From: Vulcanimicrobiota bacterium
Lineage (GTDB): Bacteria; Vulcanimicrobiota; Vulcanimicrobiia; Vulcanimicrobiales; Vulcanimicrobiaceae
DNA: 64,000 nt
Reading direction: 5' to 3'
NCBI GenBank assembly: GCA_963777315.1
Contig: CAVZQC010000003.1
Location: forward strand, 44,344 to 108,343
The number at the start of each line of letters is the position of its first letter. Within the stretch, counting starts at the first letter, position 1. The notes under the pieces are model-generated. The model did no database searches, was not told the origin of the DNA, and saw only the letters and a program-made list of their open reading frames with translations. Positions 27,164-39,837 of the stretch are shown here, in pieces. The position numbers were made by a program, and so were the translations under genes.

Positions 27164-29299
27164 GTGAAAAAGCCCCTGATCATCGTGGAGTCTCCCACCA
27201 AGGCGCGAACGATTAAAAAGTTCTTGCCCGCGCGCTTTGCGGTCAAGGCGTCCGTGGGGCACGTGCGCGATTTGCCCAAGAGCACGCTCGGAGTCGACGT
27301 GGAGCACGGTTTCGCGCCGAAATATCTGACGATTAAGGGCAAGGGCGACATCATCAAGGATCTCAAATCCGCGGTGAAGGGCGCGAGCGACGTGTATCTG
27401 GCGACCGACCCGGATCGTGAAGGCGAGGCCATCGCGTGGCATCTGGCGCAGTTGCTCAAACTCGAAGAGCCCAAGCGAATCGAGCTGCACGAGATCACCA
27501 AAGAGGCCGCCTTGGCCGCCATCAGGGAGCCGCACCGGATCGACATCGACCGCGTGAACGCACAGCAGGCGCGCCGAATTTTGGATCGCCTGGTCGGCTA
27601 TAAAATCTCGCCGCTGCTCTGGGCCAAGGTTCGCGGCGGCCTTTCCGCCGGCCGGGTGCAATCCGTCGCCGTTCGCCTGATCGTCGATCGCGAACGCGAA
27701 ATCCAAGCCTTCGTCACGCGGGAATACTGGTCGATCGCCGCGCTGCTCTCGTCCGCCGGCGAGCCCGGCTTGACGTTTTCCGCCGAGTTGCTCCTGCGCG
27801 ACGGCGAGAAAATCGCCGTGGAAAATCAGGCTCAGGCCGATGCCGTCTTGAGCGATTTGCGCGGCGCCGCCTACGAGGTCGCGTCGATCAAGCAGCGCGA
27901 GGTGCGCCGCCATCCGACCGCGCCGTTCACCACGTCGACGCTTCAGCAGGAGGCTTCGCGCAAACTCAAGCTGCGGGTGCGGCGCACGATGCAAATCGCT
28001 CAGGCGTTGTACGAGGGCGTCGATTTGGGCGCTGAGGGCACGGTCGGCCTCATCACCTACATGCGCACCGACTCAACGCGCATTTCGGATCAGGCGCGGG
28101 AAGCAGCCCGCGAGTACATCACCCAAACGTACGGTCAAGCTTATCACGGCGGCCGGGCGCACAAAATTCGCGAGGGCGCGCAGGACGCCCATGAAGCGAT
28201 TCGGCCCACCTCCGTCGCGCACACGCCCGAAAGCATGGCGGGAATACTCAAACGCGACGAACTGCGGCTCTACACGCTGATCTGGAATCGCTTCGTCGCA
28301 TCCCAAATGTCCGCTGCGGTTTTCGACCAAACCACCGTCGACGTTCGGGCAGGCGCCTACACGTTCCGCGCCACCGGCAGCGTGGTAAAATTCCCCGGCT
28401 TTACCAAGATCTATGAAGAAGGCCGGGACGATTCGGAGGCCGCGCTTGCGACCAAGAGCGAGGAAGAAAAAAAGCGGCTGCCCAAACTCGAACAGCACGA
28501 AGTGCTCGATTTGCGCAAGCTCGAACCCAAACAGCATTTCACCGAGCCGCCGCCCAGGTACAGCGAAGCCACGCTGGTCAAAGCGCTCGAAGACAATCGC
28601 ATCGGACGCCCTTCCACGTACAGCACGATCGTCGAAACGATTCAGGCGCGCGGCTACGTCGTGCAAGTCGAACGGCGTTTCCAGCCCACCGACATCGGCG
28701 CGGCGGTGAACGATCTGCTCGCCGAGCACTTTCCCGACGTAGTCGATTTGAGCTTTACCGCGCAAATGGAAGGCGATCTCGATAAAGTAGCCGTCGGCGG
28801 GGAGAATTGGGTCAAACTGCTCGATCGTTTCTACGGACCGTTCGTCGTGGAACTCGAACAGGCCGAGAAAAAACTGCCTCGCTTGGAGATTCGCGACGAG
28901 CCCACCGACGAGATCTGCCCCAATTGCGAGCGGCCGATGGTCATCAAGACCGGGCGCTTCGGGAGGTTCATCTCCTGCACCGGCTATCCGGAATGTAAGA
29001 CGACGCGGCCGATTCTCAAAGACACCGGCGCAAAATGTCCCAAAGACGAGGGCATGATCGTCGAACGCAAGTCGAAGAAGGGCCGCACGTTTTACGGCTG
29101 CGCCAATTATCCCAAGTGCGACTTCGTTTCGTGGGATCGCGTCGTGCCGCAGCGCTGCCCGGTTTGCGGTTCGCACGTCGTGGCCAAGACGCGCCGCGGC
29201 GGCGCGACGGCGCTCGAGTGCAGCGCGCATAGAGACCACGACGTGAGCAGCATCTCGGCCGGCGTCACGGAAGAACCGATGGAAGCCGTGTCTCCCTAA
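27164..29299 (+). CDS. topA: DNA topoisomerase I
   Basis: LIIVESPTKA, ATDPDREGEAI, SAGRVQS, GLITYMRTDS, C-terminal Zn ribbons. Confidence 0.98.
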   Translation: MKKPLIIVESPTKARTIKKFLPARFAVKASVGHVRDLPKSTLGVDVEHGFAPKYLTIKGKGDIIKDLKSAVKGASDVYLATDPDREGEAIAWHLAQLLKLEEPKRIELHEITKEAALAAIREPHRIDIDRVNAQQARRILDRLVGYKISPLLWAKVRGGLSAGRVQSVAVRLIVDREREIQAFVTREYWSIAALLSSAGEPGLTFSAELLLRDGEKIAVENQAQADAVLSDLRGAAYEVASIKQREVRRHPTAPFTTSTLQQEASRKLKLRVRRTMQIAQALYEGVDLGAEGTVGLITYMRTDSTRISDQAREAAREYITQTYGQAYHGGRAHKIREGAQDAHEAIRPTSVAHTPESMAGILKRDELRLYTLIWNRFVASQMSAAVFDQTTVDVRAGAYTFRATGSVVKFPGFTKIYEEGRDDSEAALATKSEEEKKRLPKLEQHEVLDLRKLEPKQHFTEPPPRYSEATLVKALEDNRIGRPSTYSTIVETIQARGYVVQVERRFQPTDIGAAVNDLLAEHFPDVVDLSFTAQMEGDLDKVAVGGENWVKLLDRFYGPFVVELEQAEKKLPRLEIRDEPTDEICPNCERPMVIKTGRFGRFISCTGYPECKTTRPILKDTGAKCPKDEGMIVERKSKKGRTFYGCANYPKCDFVSWDRVVPQRCPVCGSHVVAKTRRGGATALECSAHRDHDVSSISAGVTEEPMEAVSP

Positions 29300-29306
29300 G
29301 CGCGCC

Positions 29307-30674
29307 TTGCCGTCCGACACCGGTACCCTAACGGTCATCGGCGCGGGCCTTGCCGGCTGCGAGGCAGCGTGGCAAGCCGCACAGCTCGGCGTCTACGTCG
29401 ATCTCTACGAAATGCGTCCGCTTCGCAGCGGGCCGGCACATAAAACGGCACATTTGGCCGAATTGGTTTGCAGCAATTCGCTGCGCGGCGCGGCGCTTGA
29501 AAATGCCGTCGGTTTGCTCAAAGAAGAGCTCGCGCTGCTGGACTCGGTTATCATTGCCTGCGCGCGCGCGAGCGCCGTTCCGGCGGGCGGAGCGCTCGCC
29601 GTGGATCGCGACCTTTTCGCGCAAGCGGTGGAACGGCGCATCGGCGAGCACCCGCGCATTGCGCTGCACCGGCAAGAAGTCCGAGGGGTTCCGCTCGATC
29701 GCACCGTCATCGTCGCGTGCGGTCCGCTGCCTTCGCAAGAACTGCTGGGGTCGATCGATGCATTGCTGGAGCGATCGCATGGTGCTCGTCTGCACTACTA
29801 TGATGCAGCCTCGCCGATCGTTGCGGCCGACTCCATCGACGAAACGCCGATGTATCGCAAATCCCGGTACGAAAAGGGCGACGGCGACGACTACCTCAAC
29901 ATCCCGCTGAGCCAATCGCAGTATCTGGAACTGATCGCCGATTTGCGCACGCTCGCTCGTCACCAGCCCAAAGGCTTCGAAGATGCGGGGACGAGCCCGA
30001 CGCCCTACTTTGAAGGATGCCTGCCGATTGAAGAGATGGCGGATCGCGGCGACGACGTTCTGCGTTTCGGCCCGCTCAAGCCCGTGGGGCTGCGCGATCC
30101 TCGCACCGGTAAGACGCCGTATGCGGTCGTGCAATTGCGCAAGGAAAACTCGCTCGGGACGGCCTTCAACCTCGTGGGGTTTCAAACGCGGCTGACGTGG
30201 CCTGCGCAAAAACAAGCTTTTGGCAAGTTTCCGGGATTGCAGCACGCCGAGTGGCTGCGTCTGGGCGTCATGCACCGCAACACGTTTCTGGACTCACCGC
30301 GTTTGCTCGATTCGCATCTGCAGTTGCGCGCGGCCGGCGGTTTGTATTTTGCAGGACAAATCACGGGCGCGGAAGGCTACGTTGAAGCCGCAGCGTGCGG
30401 AGCGATGACCGGAATTCATGCAGCGCGCCGGATGCTGGGGTTACCGCCGCTCGATTTTCCGCGAGAATCCGCGCTGGGCGCCGTCGTCGCGCATCTGCAG
30501 AACACGCAAACCGCCGATTTCCAACCCGCGAACGTAACGTGGGCGCCGTTCCCGCCCTTAGACAACGCGGTGCGTGACAAGAAAGAGCGGCGCAGGCTTC
30601 TGGCAGCCCGTGCACTGGCGAGCATTCGCGCGTTCCGCGCGGCCATGCCGGCTCCAGCAGCTGCGCTTGGGTAG
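29307..30674 (+). CDS. trmFO: Methylenetetrahydrofolate--tRNA-(uracil-5-)-methyltransferase
   Basis: VIGAGLAGCEAAWQ, AELVCSNS, FEGCLPIE, GVMHRNTF, AGQITG.EGY. Confidence 0.97.
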   Translation: MPSDTGTLTVIGAGLAGCEAAWQAAQLGVYVDLYEMRPLRSGPAHKTAHLAELVCSNSLRGAALENAVGLLKEELALLDSVIIACARASAVPAGGALAVDRDLFAQAVERRIGEHPRIALHRQEVRGVPLDRTVIVACGPLPSQELLGSIDALLERSHGARLHYYDAASPIVAADSIDETPMYRKSRYEKGDGDDYLNIPLSQSQYLELIADLRTLARHQPKGFEDAGTSPTPYFEGCLPIEEMADRGDDVLRFGPLKPVGLRDPRTGKTPYAVVQLRKENSLGTAFNLVGFQTRLTWPAQKQAFGKFPGLQHAEWLRLGVMHRNTFLDSPRLLDSHLQLRAAGGLYFAGQITGAEGYVEAAACGAMTGIHAARRMLGLPPLDFPRESALGAVVAHLQNTQTADFQPANVTWAPFPPLDNAVRDKKERRRLLAARALASIRAFRAAMPAPAAALG

Positions 30675-30855
30675 CCACCGCTACGATTCGTCCGCATCGC
30701 ACGATATAGAAGCGGAAAGGTCGCCCGCGATAAAGCGGGTAACACTACTCTAGCACCGTTGGTGGATGCGTGGAGGCGTCCGAAACACGGTCAGAACGCG
30801 GCCGCCGCCATCGACGTTGCTTTTTTCCCGGCCTGTTCTGTGGAGGGACGATCTT

Positions 30856-33800
30856 ATGGGTAGTCTGCGACGGCACGCCGCTGCGATGCGCGCCGTTTTT
30901 ACGCTTCTCCTTTTATCGAGTTTCATTGCATCGTCGGCGGGCATGGCGCTGGCGAGCACCGTCGGCGTAATTAGCGGAACGGTCACCGATACGGCGACGC
31001 ACCAACCGTTATCCAACGTAAGGGTGACGGCGGCATCTCCGTCGGGATCATACAGAGCCACGACCGACGCGCACGGCTTTTATTCACTAACCGGCGTCTA
31101 CGCCGACACGTATACCGTTTCGTTTCAACTTCCGGGATATCAACCAACGTCAACTCCGGGAGTCACGGCCTTCGCCGATCAGGCGATCACCTTGAACCAA
31201 CAGCTGAACAAGTCACTGAAGGTGATTGCCACAGTTCGTTCGACCGGTGCGGGCAGCGCTTTCCATCCCTCGCAGACCGTCGACACGGTCAGCATCGGGT
31301 CCCAACAGATCCAACAGTTCCAGGGTACTTCGTTCAACTTTGATGAGGTCAACATCATCTCGTCGTTGCCGGGCGCCGAACTGGACTCGTCAGGTTATCC
31401 GGTGATACACGGTGGCCGTGAATATGAGGAAGGCTTCGAATTCGAAGGCATTCCGTACACGGATGCGTACTCGAACCAGTTCACCAACAGTTTAGCCGTC
31501 ACCACGCAAGGCATAAGCTCGGTGCAGCTGACGCCCGGCGGCGGCGACATCACGCAGACGTCCGGCGGGTTCGGTGCACTCAACGTGGTTGCCAAACGCG
31601 GCTCCTACCCCGCGTACGCGCAGTTCGGCCTGTCCGTAGGCGGGCCTGGGTTCGATCACCGCGCCACGATCGATTATAGCTTCGCAACGCCGGATGGCCG
31701 GTTTTCGAACTATGCGTCGTTCGCCGGCGACAATCGCACCTACAATTACGGCAACAACGGCTATCCCTACGCGCAGATCAGTCGTTTCTACAGCCGGCGT
31801 ATGGACGCAGATCGCGAGTTTCAGGACAACTTCGTCTTCCGCTTCGGCAAAAACAACCACGAGTCGATTCAGGCGTTCACCGACATCGCAATGCACAGCT
31901 TCTATGAGGGTGCGGGCGGTATGGGCGGGTTGTGTTATGCCAGCTGCGACTACGCGTACCTGCACACATGGAACGGTCTGTTGAACCTAATCCCGCAGAT
32001 TACACCAGGGCAGATTGCGGCAATCTCTCAATTGTATCCGGGGCAGAGCTCGACGTACGAGTATCTTTCTTGTCCGGTGCCTTCCGGTTTGCCGCCGCCG
32101 GGGATCGCGCCCGGCACCGCATTCACGTGCGATGGCAGCAATCGCGCTCCATTTACCTACTGGCAACCGAATCAGGCGTTTAAACTGGAATACACCAACA
32201 ATCTCAATGAATCGACGTTCTTGTCGGTCTTAGGATACCGCGTGAATTCGGTTACCACGTTTGATGGCCCATCCGCCGAAGGCAGCATCAACAACGATAT
32301 TTACATTGCCTCACAAGGCGGCATGACGAACGGCGTCACGGTTTCCTTGCAGAAGCAGCTCAGCAGCAAGAATCTGATGCAGGCCGGATTCGATATCAGC
32401 CATCTGCACCCAATCGATGCGTATCTGTCCGATTCGTTTTCCCTTTACGGGTCGTTGCTTGGTCTTCTGAACGGCTTCACGGAACAGTACTTCTTACCGT
32501 CGCAGTTCGTAAACCCGAACGATCCGAACTGTCAAAATCCTTTCTCGGCCGCAAATGGGTTCAACGCGACGGCCAGTGGTTGCGGATGGGCGTACCAAGG
32601 ACCTTACGCAAATGCGACGCAGCTCAAGTTTCCACAATTCGATCAGGTTTCCACTGTCGACCGGCAAGACTACTCGGCATACGTAAGTGACAAGTGGACG
32701 CCCAACGACCGGCTCAACGTGCAGGCCGGCCTGCGGCTCGACATGGCGACGTACCGGCTTCCCGCGCCGAGTATCGATCCCACCTACTGCACGACCACGT
32801 ACTTGCCCATAACTTGGGTCGCGCCGACCACGTTCAATGCAGCCGATGGTTGGAAGTGCAACGCGCAAGCCACGTTCTCGTTCGACAATAACGCGGTCAA
32901 ACCGAAGGTGTTCGAGCCTCAACTCGGCATCAGCTACCGTCTGGGGGAAGACTCGTCGTTACGGTTGACGTACCGCAAGGCGGTGCAGTTCGTCCCAATC
33001 TCCGACGTTGACTTCGGTGAAATCGACGCCCCTGCATATCTGAAGCCCTGGGGCATGATTCCGGCGTACGAACCGTTTGGGCCGGGTACGAGTAGCTGCG
33101 GAATACCGGGTACTGCGCAGCAACCCGCGTCGGGCCAAACGTCGCCGGCGAACCTCGCAGTTACCTGCCGGAACTTCGGTGAGCAACTGTTCTGGATCAA
33201 TCAGAACTTCGACGGCATTGCTTATCAGACGGCACGGCCGACGACCTCCGACAACTACGAGCTCACTTTCTCGCACCAATTTACTAAAGGCGCGCTCGAC
33301 GGTGTGTCGTTCAGTCTCTCGCCGTGGTATCGTAAGCAGCACGACACGGTCGCTTCGGAGGCATCACCGCTCATCGGGTCCAACGGGCAACCGATCGTCG
33401 CAAACGGCACGATCCTCTTTGGACCTCCGGTTTTGACGAACGAAGGCCGCGAATTCGCAGACGGCATCGACTTCAACCTTACGCGTGAAGTTCCGTACGG
33501 CCTGAGCGCTCAACTTACGGCAACGTACATCAACGAGTTCTCCAGCGTGATACCGCTGAGCAGTTCGGAGGATTTTTATCCCACAATTCAGCCTGCCTCG
33601 ATCGCGCTCGGGAACACCTATCGCGTCGGCTTCCTCTCGCCGTTCCAGAGCACGCTTGCGCTTTCGTACCGCACGCACAGCGGCTGGAGAATCAACCCGC
33701 GGTACACGTACAATATCGGCTACCCCACGGGGCTAGGATTGCTGACCGCCGCGTACGTGAACGGCGTTGCTTACAACGTTCCGAACACGAACGCGGTAGC

Positions 33801-34248
33801 CGGAAGTTCGCCCGCGGGCCCGTCGTGTTATGTTGACCCGATGAACCCCGGGACATTCTTCAGTCCCAACACGGTAGGATGCAGCGGAGCGTCGGAAACG
33901 TCGTCTCCAGGCGGCAAATTAACTCCGCCCACTTCAAATACGGACATAACGATCGAGTACAGTCCTCCGTCGTCGAAGTTGACGTTTGGCGTGAACGTTG
34001 ACAACGTCTTCAACCAAATCTACTACGGTCCGCAGTACAGCGCCCGGTATCAACCGCTTGCGACCGGTATCGCAGGTCCCCTGACGGGCCAGTCGACAAG
34101 CAGCATTAATTACGAGCAGGGAGGCTATTACACGTATCCGTCGGCATGGCCGCAGTACGGCTCGTTCATCAAATCAAGTGGTCCGTTCGTGAACTTACCG
34201 TCGGAAATCGGCCGCTCTTTCTACTTCTACATCCAAGCGAGGCTCTAG
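30856..34248 (+). CDS. TonB-dependent receptor-like outer-membrane protein with an N-terminal carboxypeptidase-regulatory-like domain
   Basis: GGAGGG RBS; signal peptide; ISGTVTD..ATTDAHGFYSL; plug-like region; DKWTPNDRLNVQAGLRLD; NVDNVFN; C-terminal RSFYFYIQARL. Confidence 0.85.
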   Translation: MGSLRRHAAAMRAVFTLLLLSSFIASSAGMALASTVGVISGTVTDTATHQPLSNVRVTAASPSGSYRATTDAHGFYSLTGVYADTYTVSFQLPGYQPTSTPGVTAFADQAITLNQQLNKSLKVIATVRSTGAGSAFHPSQTVDTVSIGSQQIQQFQGTSFNFDEVNIISSLPGAELDSSGYPVIHGGREYEEGFEFEGIPYTDAYSNQFTNSLAVTTQGISSVQLTPGGGDITQTSGGFGALNVVAKRGSYPAYAQFGLSVGGPGFDHRATIDYSFATPDGRFSNYASFAGDNRTYNYGNNGYPYAQISRFYSRRMDADREFQDNFVFRFGKNNHESIQAFTDIAMHSFYEGAGGMGGLCYASCDYAYLHTWNGLLNLIPQITPGQIAAISQLYPGQSSTYEYLSCPVPSGLPPPGIAPGTAFTCDGSNRAPFTYWQPNQAFKLEYTNNLNESTFLSVLGYRVNSVTTFDGPSAEGSINNDIYIASQGGMTNGVTVSLQKQLSSKNLMQAGFDISHLHPIDAYLSDSFSLYGSLLGLLNGFTEQYFLPSQFVNPNDPNCQNPFSAANGFNATASGCGWAYQGPYANATQLKFPQFDQVSTVDRQDYSAYVSDKWTPNDRLNVQAGLRLDMATYRLPAPSIDPTYCTTTYLPITWVAPTTFNAADGWKCNAQATFSFDNNAVKPKVFEPQLGISYRLGEDSSLRLTYRKAVQFVPISDVDFGEIDAPAYLKPWGMIPAYEPFGPGTSSCGIPGTAQQPASGQTSPANLAVTCRNFGEQLFWINQNFDGIAYQTARPTTSDNYELTFSHQFTKGALDGVSFSLSPWYRKQHDTVASEASPLIGSNGQPIVANGTILFGPPVLTNEGREFADGIDFNLTREVPYGLSAQLTATYINEFSSVIPLSSSEDFYPTIQPASIALGNTYRVGFLSPFQSTLALSYRTHSGWRINPRYTYNIGYPTGLGLLTAAYVNGVAYNVPNTNAVAGSSPAGPSCYVDPMNPGTFFSPNTVGCSGASETSSPGGKLTPPTSNTDITIEYSPPSSKLTFGVNVDNVFNQIYYGPQYSARYQPLATGIAGPLTGQSTSSINYEQGGYYTYPSAWPQYGSFIKSSGPFVNLPSEIGRSFYFYIQARL

Positions 34249-34249
34249 C

Positions 34250-35464
34250 GTGAAACTGGAACGTACATTTATTTGCAGGGCCTCTATCCCGGTGGCGGCG
34301 GCGCTCCTTGCCGGTTGCGCCGCCAACGGCGCTTCTCAACTGCCATCGGTGACGAAGGCAAATCTCAGCGCGAACGTTCTCCAGTTCGCCGTTGGAACGG
34401 CGAATATCGGGCAAGACGGGGTCGTTGGACTGAACGTCGTCACAACACTGCGCCAACCCAGCGGCGCCTCCGCGGTGCTTGCAAATCAACCGACCCTGAC
34501 GTTTCCCGCCGGCATGCTGGTGCCGGCCGGGACCGTGGGGGCATACGGAGGTGCGAATGTTGACGCGGGCACGAACCACGTCAGCGGTTCGCCGCAGGTT
34601 CCGCTGAGCAACACGGGATTGATCGATTCGACGCTCGGAACGTTTACCGGTGTGTTCTCGTACGGGTTCGGGCCGTTCAACTGCGACCAAACGTGTTCAT
34701 CCACCGGCGGATACTACATCGGCAATCCAAACGGCACGACGGGCAACGGGTTCGATTACTCGATCTATGATGGGTCGTCTATCGTTGCAGCGCCGACGAA
34801 AGGAGCCGTCGGCGATCCGACGCAGCCGTTGCCGTTTTTTTCAGCGGATCCGATGGACTACGTCGTCGGACCGCCGGCAGTGACGAATATCAACAACGGT
34901 AAATATCCCGTCGGCTTTGCCGGCTTTCCCGCGGGCTTCACGGCGTTCGAAGTGCCGCCCGCTACGGGCTCCTACGGTCTCTCGGTGCTCGTCCCGGCAA
35001 CGAACGTTTCACCCGTGACGTATACCGCCAACGCTACGCTTGCGTCCAAGGTGGTGCTCGGACCGATTTCCGTGACATTCATTAGTGACGCCAATCACGA
35101 CGGCGGCGGAACCGGCACTGTTACCGTTCCGGCCGGCGTAACGGAGACCGAAGTGTTCATCGTGGACCAGCACACGGATCCGGCATCGGGCGCGATCAGC
35201 GATTACTTCTATTCGGTTGGACCTCTGACCGGATCCGGTCCGGTAAACTACACGCTTCCTGCAAATGTTGGGCCTTGTACGACCAATTGTCCGCAGCCGA
35301 CAATCATCGCGGCGGGCGATCAACTGTACGTGGCGGCAGTGGGCTACGATTACCCGGCGTTCGAAGCCGGACCGCCGGGAAATACCTCGCAGAAACCGAC
35401 GATCGCCGGCGCGAATGGACAGGCCGATATCACGTTGTCGAAGATCATTACGCCCACGTACTGA
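34250..35464 (+). CDS. Lipoprotein coupled to the TonB-dependent receptor
   Basis: Lipobox LLAGC; beta-rich; starts 1 nt after the receptor stop. Confidence 0.75.
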   Translation: MKLERTFICRASIPVAAALLAGCAANGASQLPSVTKANLSANVLQFAVGTANIGQDGVVGLNVVTTLRQPSGASAVLANQPTLTFPAGMLVPAGTVGAYGGANVDAGTNHVSGSPQVPLSNTGLIDSTLGTFTGVFSYGFGPFNCDQTCSSTGGYYIGNPNGTTGNGFDYSIYDGSSIVAAPTKGAVGDPTQPLPFFSADPMDYVVGPPAVTNINNGKYPVGFAGFPAGFTAFEVPPATGSYGLSVLVPATNVSPVTYTANATLASKVVLGPISVTFISDANHDGGGTGTVTVPAGVTETEVFIVDQHTDPASGAISDYFYSVGPLTGSGPVNYTLPANVGPCTTNCPQPTIIAAGDQLYVAAVGYDYPAFEAGPPGNTSQKPTIAGANGQADITLSKIITPTY

Positions 35465-35485
35465 TCCAGCCAGCGGAGCGAACGC

Positions 35486-35519
35486 AAAAAAGGGGAGCGG
35501 CGAATCCGCTCCCCTCTTT
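35486..35519. terminator. Intrinsic terminator, probably bidirectional
   Basis: AAAAA-AGGGGAGCGG-CGAAT-CCGCTCCCCT-CTTT between convergent genes. Confidence 0.85.
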
Positions 35520-35535
35520 ACAGAAGTCCGAGCGG

Positions 35536-35943
35536 TTAGCTCGTCAGCTGCGCGTTGAACTTGTACTGCCGCATGCTGCGCTGATCGAACGCCGTTCCGA
35601 CGATGGCGCCGTTCTGAAACGTGCCGCTGACGTGCAGACGGCCTCTATCGCCGATGTCGATCCACACGTTTTGGCCGTCGCGTCCACCGGTCACGGGTAT
35701 GAATGCGGCGTTGTCCGCGGGCCGGTAATAGCCGTTGATGATGCCGTCCGGATGAATGGCGAGCTGGAGCGTGCCGGTCCACGGATAGCCAAAGCCGAAT
35801 GAAGGCGAGATGCTGGCGCTATAGTTCGCGTGTACCGTTTCGCTGCTTTGGTAAGCGGTCGCCGCGGGTGCGATTGCAGGCAGTCCGGCAAGTGCCATTG
35901 CCGCTACGAAGGCCGCTCCGCGCAAGATGGTAATCATAGTCAT
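35536..35943 (-). CDS. Secreted hypothetical protein
   Basis: Signal peptide; beta-rich PWTGTLQL..DGIINGYY..IPVTGG. Confidence 0.7.
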   Translation of the reverse strand: MTMITILRGAAFVAAMALAGLPAIAPAATAYQSSETVHANYSASISPSFGFGYPWTGTLQLAIHPDGIINGYYRPADNAAFIPVTGGRDGQNVWIDIGDRGRLHVSGTFQNGAIVGTAFDQRSMRQYKFNAQLTS

Positions 35944-36042
35944 ACACTGCTATCAACGCGTCAAGACATCGGAAAGTTACCCGCCGCCCATGTGCTTGAT
36001 TAAGGCCGGATGAAAACCGCCGCAACTCCAAATTCGTCGTTG

Positions 36043-36798
36043 CTACCGGATCGCAAAGCGCATGGTGACGCTCGCGTAGACGCGCACCCGCAGGTAATCC
36101 TGCGGTGAAGTGAACTGCATATTTTGATACGGCCCTATCGAGTAGCCGGAAGAACATTGCCCCTCGGGATTGTAGGGTGCGTTTTGCGTGTCCACGGCGA
36201 GCACGGCGCCGATTCTCTTGCCGATTTGGCGCGCGATGCTTTGCGCGTTGGCGCGAGCCTGGCGCAAAGCCGCTGCCTGCGCCTGCTGCGTGGCCTCGCT
36301 GCAGTCATCCGCGGTCAAGCGCACTTGCGCGTTGTTCACCCAGAGATCCGGCGCTAGCGGCGATGTGCTCGCAAGCGACGCGATTCCATTCTGGATCATC
36401 GCCACGGTGGGGTGCTGTACTGTCGCCGTAATGGTCGCGCCGGTCGCGTGCGTCGCGGGGCTCATGTAGATCGGCAGCGTGATGTTATTGCGCGGCACGC
36501 CTGCGCGGACGAGTGCATCCACGATCGGTGCGAGCGACGACGCGTTGACGTTCGCGTTGTTGTTGTGCGAGCCGACGAACAGCGACAGCGTAGCGGTCGT
36601 CGCCTGCACGTCGGCGGTACCGGAGCCTCGAACGGTGATTCCGTCGGGCGGCTGCGGATCGCTGCGCGGTGAGGACGGCATCGGCACGGCGGGCGGCACC
36701 GGCATGGCCGGCATCGTCTGCGCCGCCGCGCCCGAGGCCAACCACAGTAACGCGAACGGCAGCAGCACCGCACTCGCAAGCGGTCGGCGATTCATCAT
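36043..36798 (-). CDS. SIMPL (DUF541) domain protein
   Basis: Signal peptide; [41 protein letters not shown]. Confidence 0.8.
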   Translation of the reverse strand: MMNRRPLASAVLLPFALLWLASGAAAQTMPAMPVPPAVPMPSSPRSDPQPPDGITVRGSGTADVQATTATLSLFVGSHNNNANVNASSLAPIVDALVRAGVPRNNITLPIYMSPATHATGATITATVQHPTVAMIQNGIASLASTSPLAPDLWVNNAQVRLTADDCSEATQQAQAAALRQARANAQSIARQIGKRIGAVLAVDTQNAPYNPEGQCSSGYSIGPYQNMQFTSPQDYLRVRVYASVTMRFAIR

Positions 36799-36854
36799 GC
36801 CGGCGACCTTTGTCTGTAACCGTACGATGCCCTGCGGGGTACAAGGAGACCGAT

Positions 36855-37378
36855 ATGCGCATCCGTTCTACGACCATTCTGGCGGTTCGGCGCGACGGCA
36901 GGCTCGCCGTCGCCGGAGACGGACAGGTGACGTTCGACAAGACGATCATGAAGCACGGCGCGCGAAAAGTGCGCCGCGTTGCCGGCGGGAAGGTGCTGGC
37001 GGGTTTCGCCGGATCCGCCGCCGACGGCATAACGCTGCTCGAGAAATTCGAGGGTAAATTCAACGAATACAAAGACATCACGCGCGCGGCGGTCGAGCTC
37101 GCCAAGGAATGGCGTCAGGACCGCGCGCTGCGCCGGTTGGAAGCGCTGCTCGTGGTCGGCAACACCGATCATTTGCTCGTGCTCAGCGGAAACGGCGACG
37201 TGATCGAACCGGACGAAGGCATCGCGGCGATCGGCAGCGGCGGCCCGTTCGCGCAAGCCGCGGCGGCGGCGCTGTTGCGCAACACGTCGATGAGCGCCGA
37301 CGACATCGCGCGTAAAGGTCTGGAGATTGCGGGGGAAATCTGCATCTACACCAACGACAGCATCGTCGTGGAGTCGTT

Positions 37379-37382
<4 letters not shown>
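36855..37382 (+). CDS. hslV: ATP-dependent protease subunit HslV
   Basis: [34 protein letters not shown]. Confidence 0.97.
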
Positions 37383-38832
<1,450 letters not shown>

Positions 38833-38836
<4 letters not shown>

Positions 38837-39837
38837 ATCTGCTCGTCCTGGGCGGCTCGCGGTTCGTCGGGCGCCATATTACCGATGCCTGCATCGCGGG
38901 CGGCCATCGCGTGACGCATTTCAACCGCGGGGTCACGAGCACTGCGCCTCGAGCCGACATCGAAACGATTCACGGCGATCGCAATACCGATTTGCAGCGG
39001 CTGGCTTCTCGGAGCTGGGACGCCGTCATCGACACGAGCGGCTACACGCCCGACGCGCTCGAAAAGTCGACGCGGTACCTTGCGAGCCGCACCGCTCGCT
39101 ACGTTTTCATATCGACGATCTCGGTCTACGATTTTGCGGCGAAAGCGGCGCTGCCGGTCGACGAAGATTTTCCGCTGCTGGCCTTCCCGGCGGATGCCGA
39201 CCGCACGCGCAAGGACGACGAGCTGTACGGGGCACTCAAAGTGCTATGCGAAGCCGTCGTGCGCAGCAGTTTGCGTCATCGCGCAACGATCGTCCGCCCA
39301 GGATTGGTGGCGGGGCCCTACGATCCGACGGATCGCTTTACGTACTGGCCGGTCCGCGTCGACGCGGGCGGTTCCGTGCTCGCACCCGACGCTCCATCGC
39401 AGCCCATCCAGTACATCGACGCGCGGGATCTCGCGCAGTTCGTGGTGCATCTGATCGAGATCGGCGACGGCGGCACGTATAACGCGGTGACGTCGCCCGG
39501 CACGCTGACCTTCGGCAATCTTCTTGACGCATGTCTTGAGTCGAGCCGCTCGGACGCCTCGATTATTTGGGCCCCTCAGCAAGCCCTGAAAGAATGCGGC
39601 GTAGCGCCGTGGGGCGAGCTGCCGCTGTGGATTCCGCGCGACGATCCGTATTTCGCGCTTGCCGACGCATCGAATTCGCGCGCGCGCGTGCGCGGCTTAC
39701 GGAATCGCCCGATTTTCTACACGGTGCGGGACACACTAGCATGGGCGCGTAGCGCGGGAAAACGGCTCGGCTCGCTCAAGGCCGGCCTCACGCCCGCGCG
39801 GGAAGCCGAAGTGCTGCGTGACGCTATAACTGCCTGA
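38833..39837 (+). CDS. NAD-dependent epimerase/dehydratase family protein
   Basis: [31 protein letters not shown]. Confidence 0.88.
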
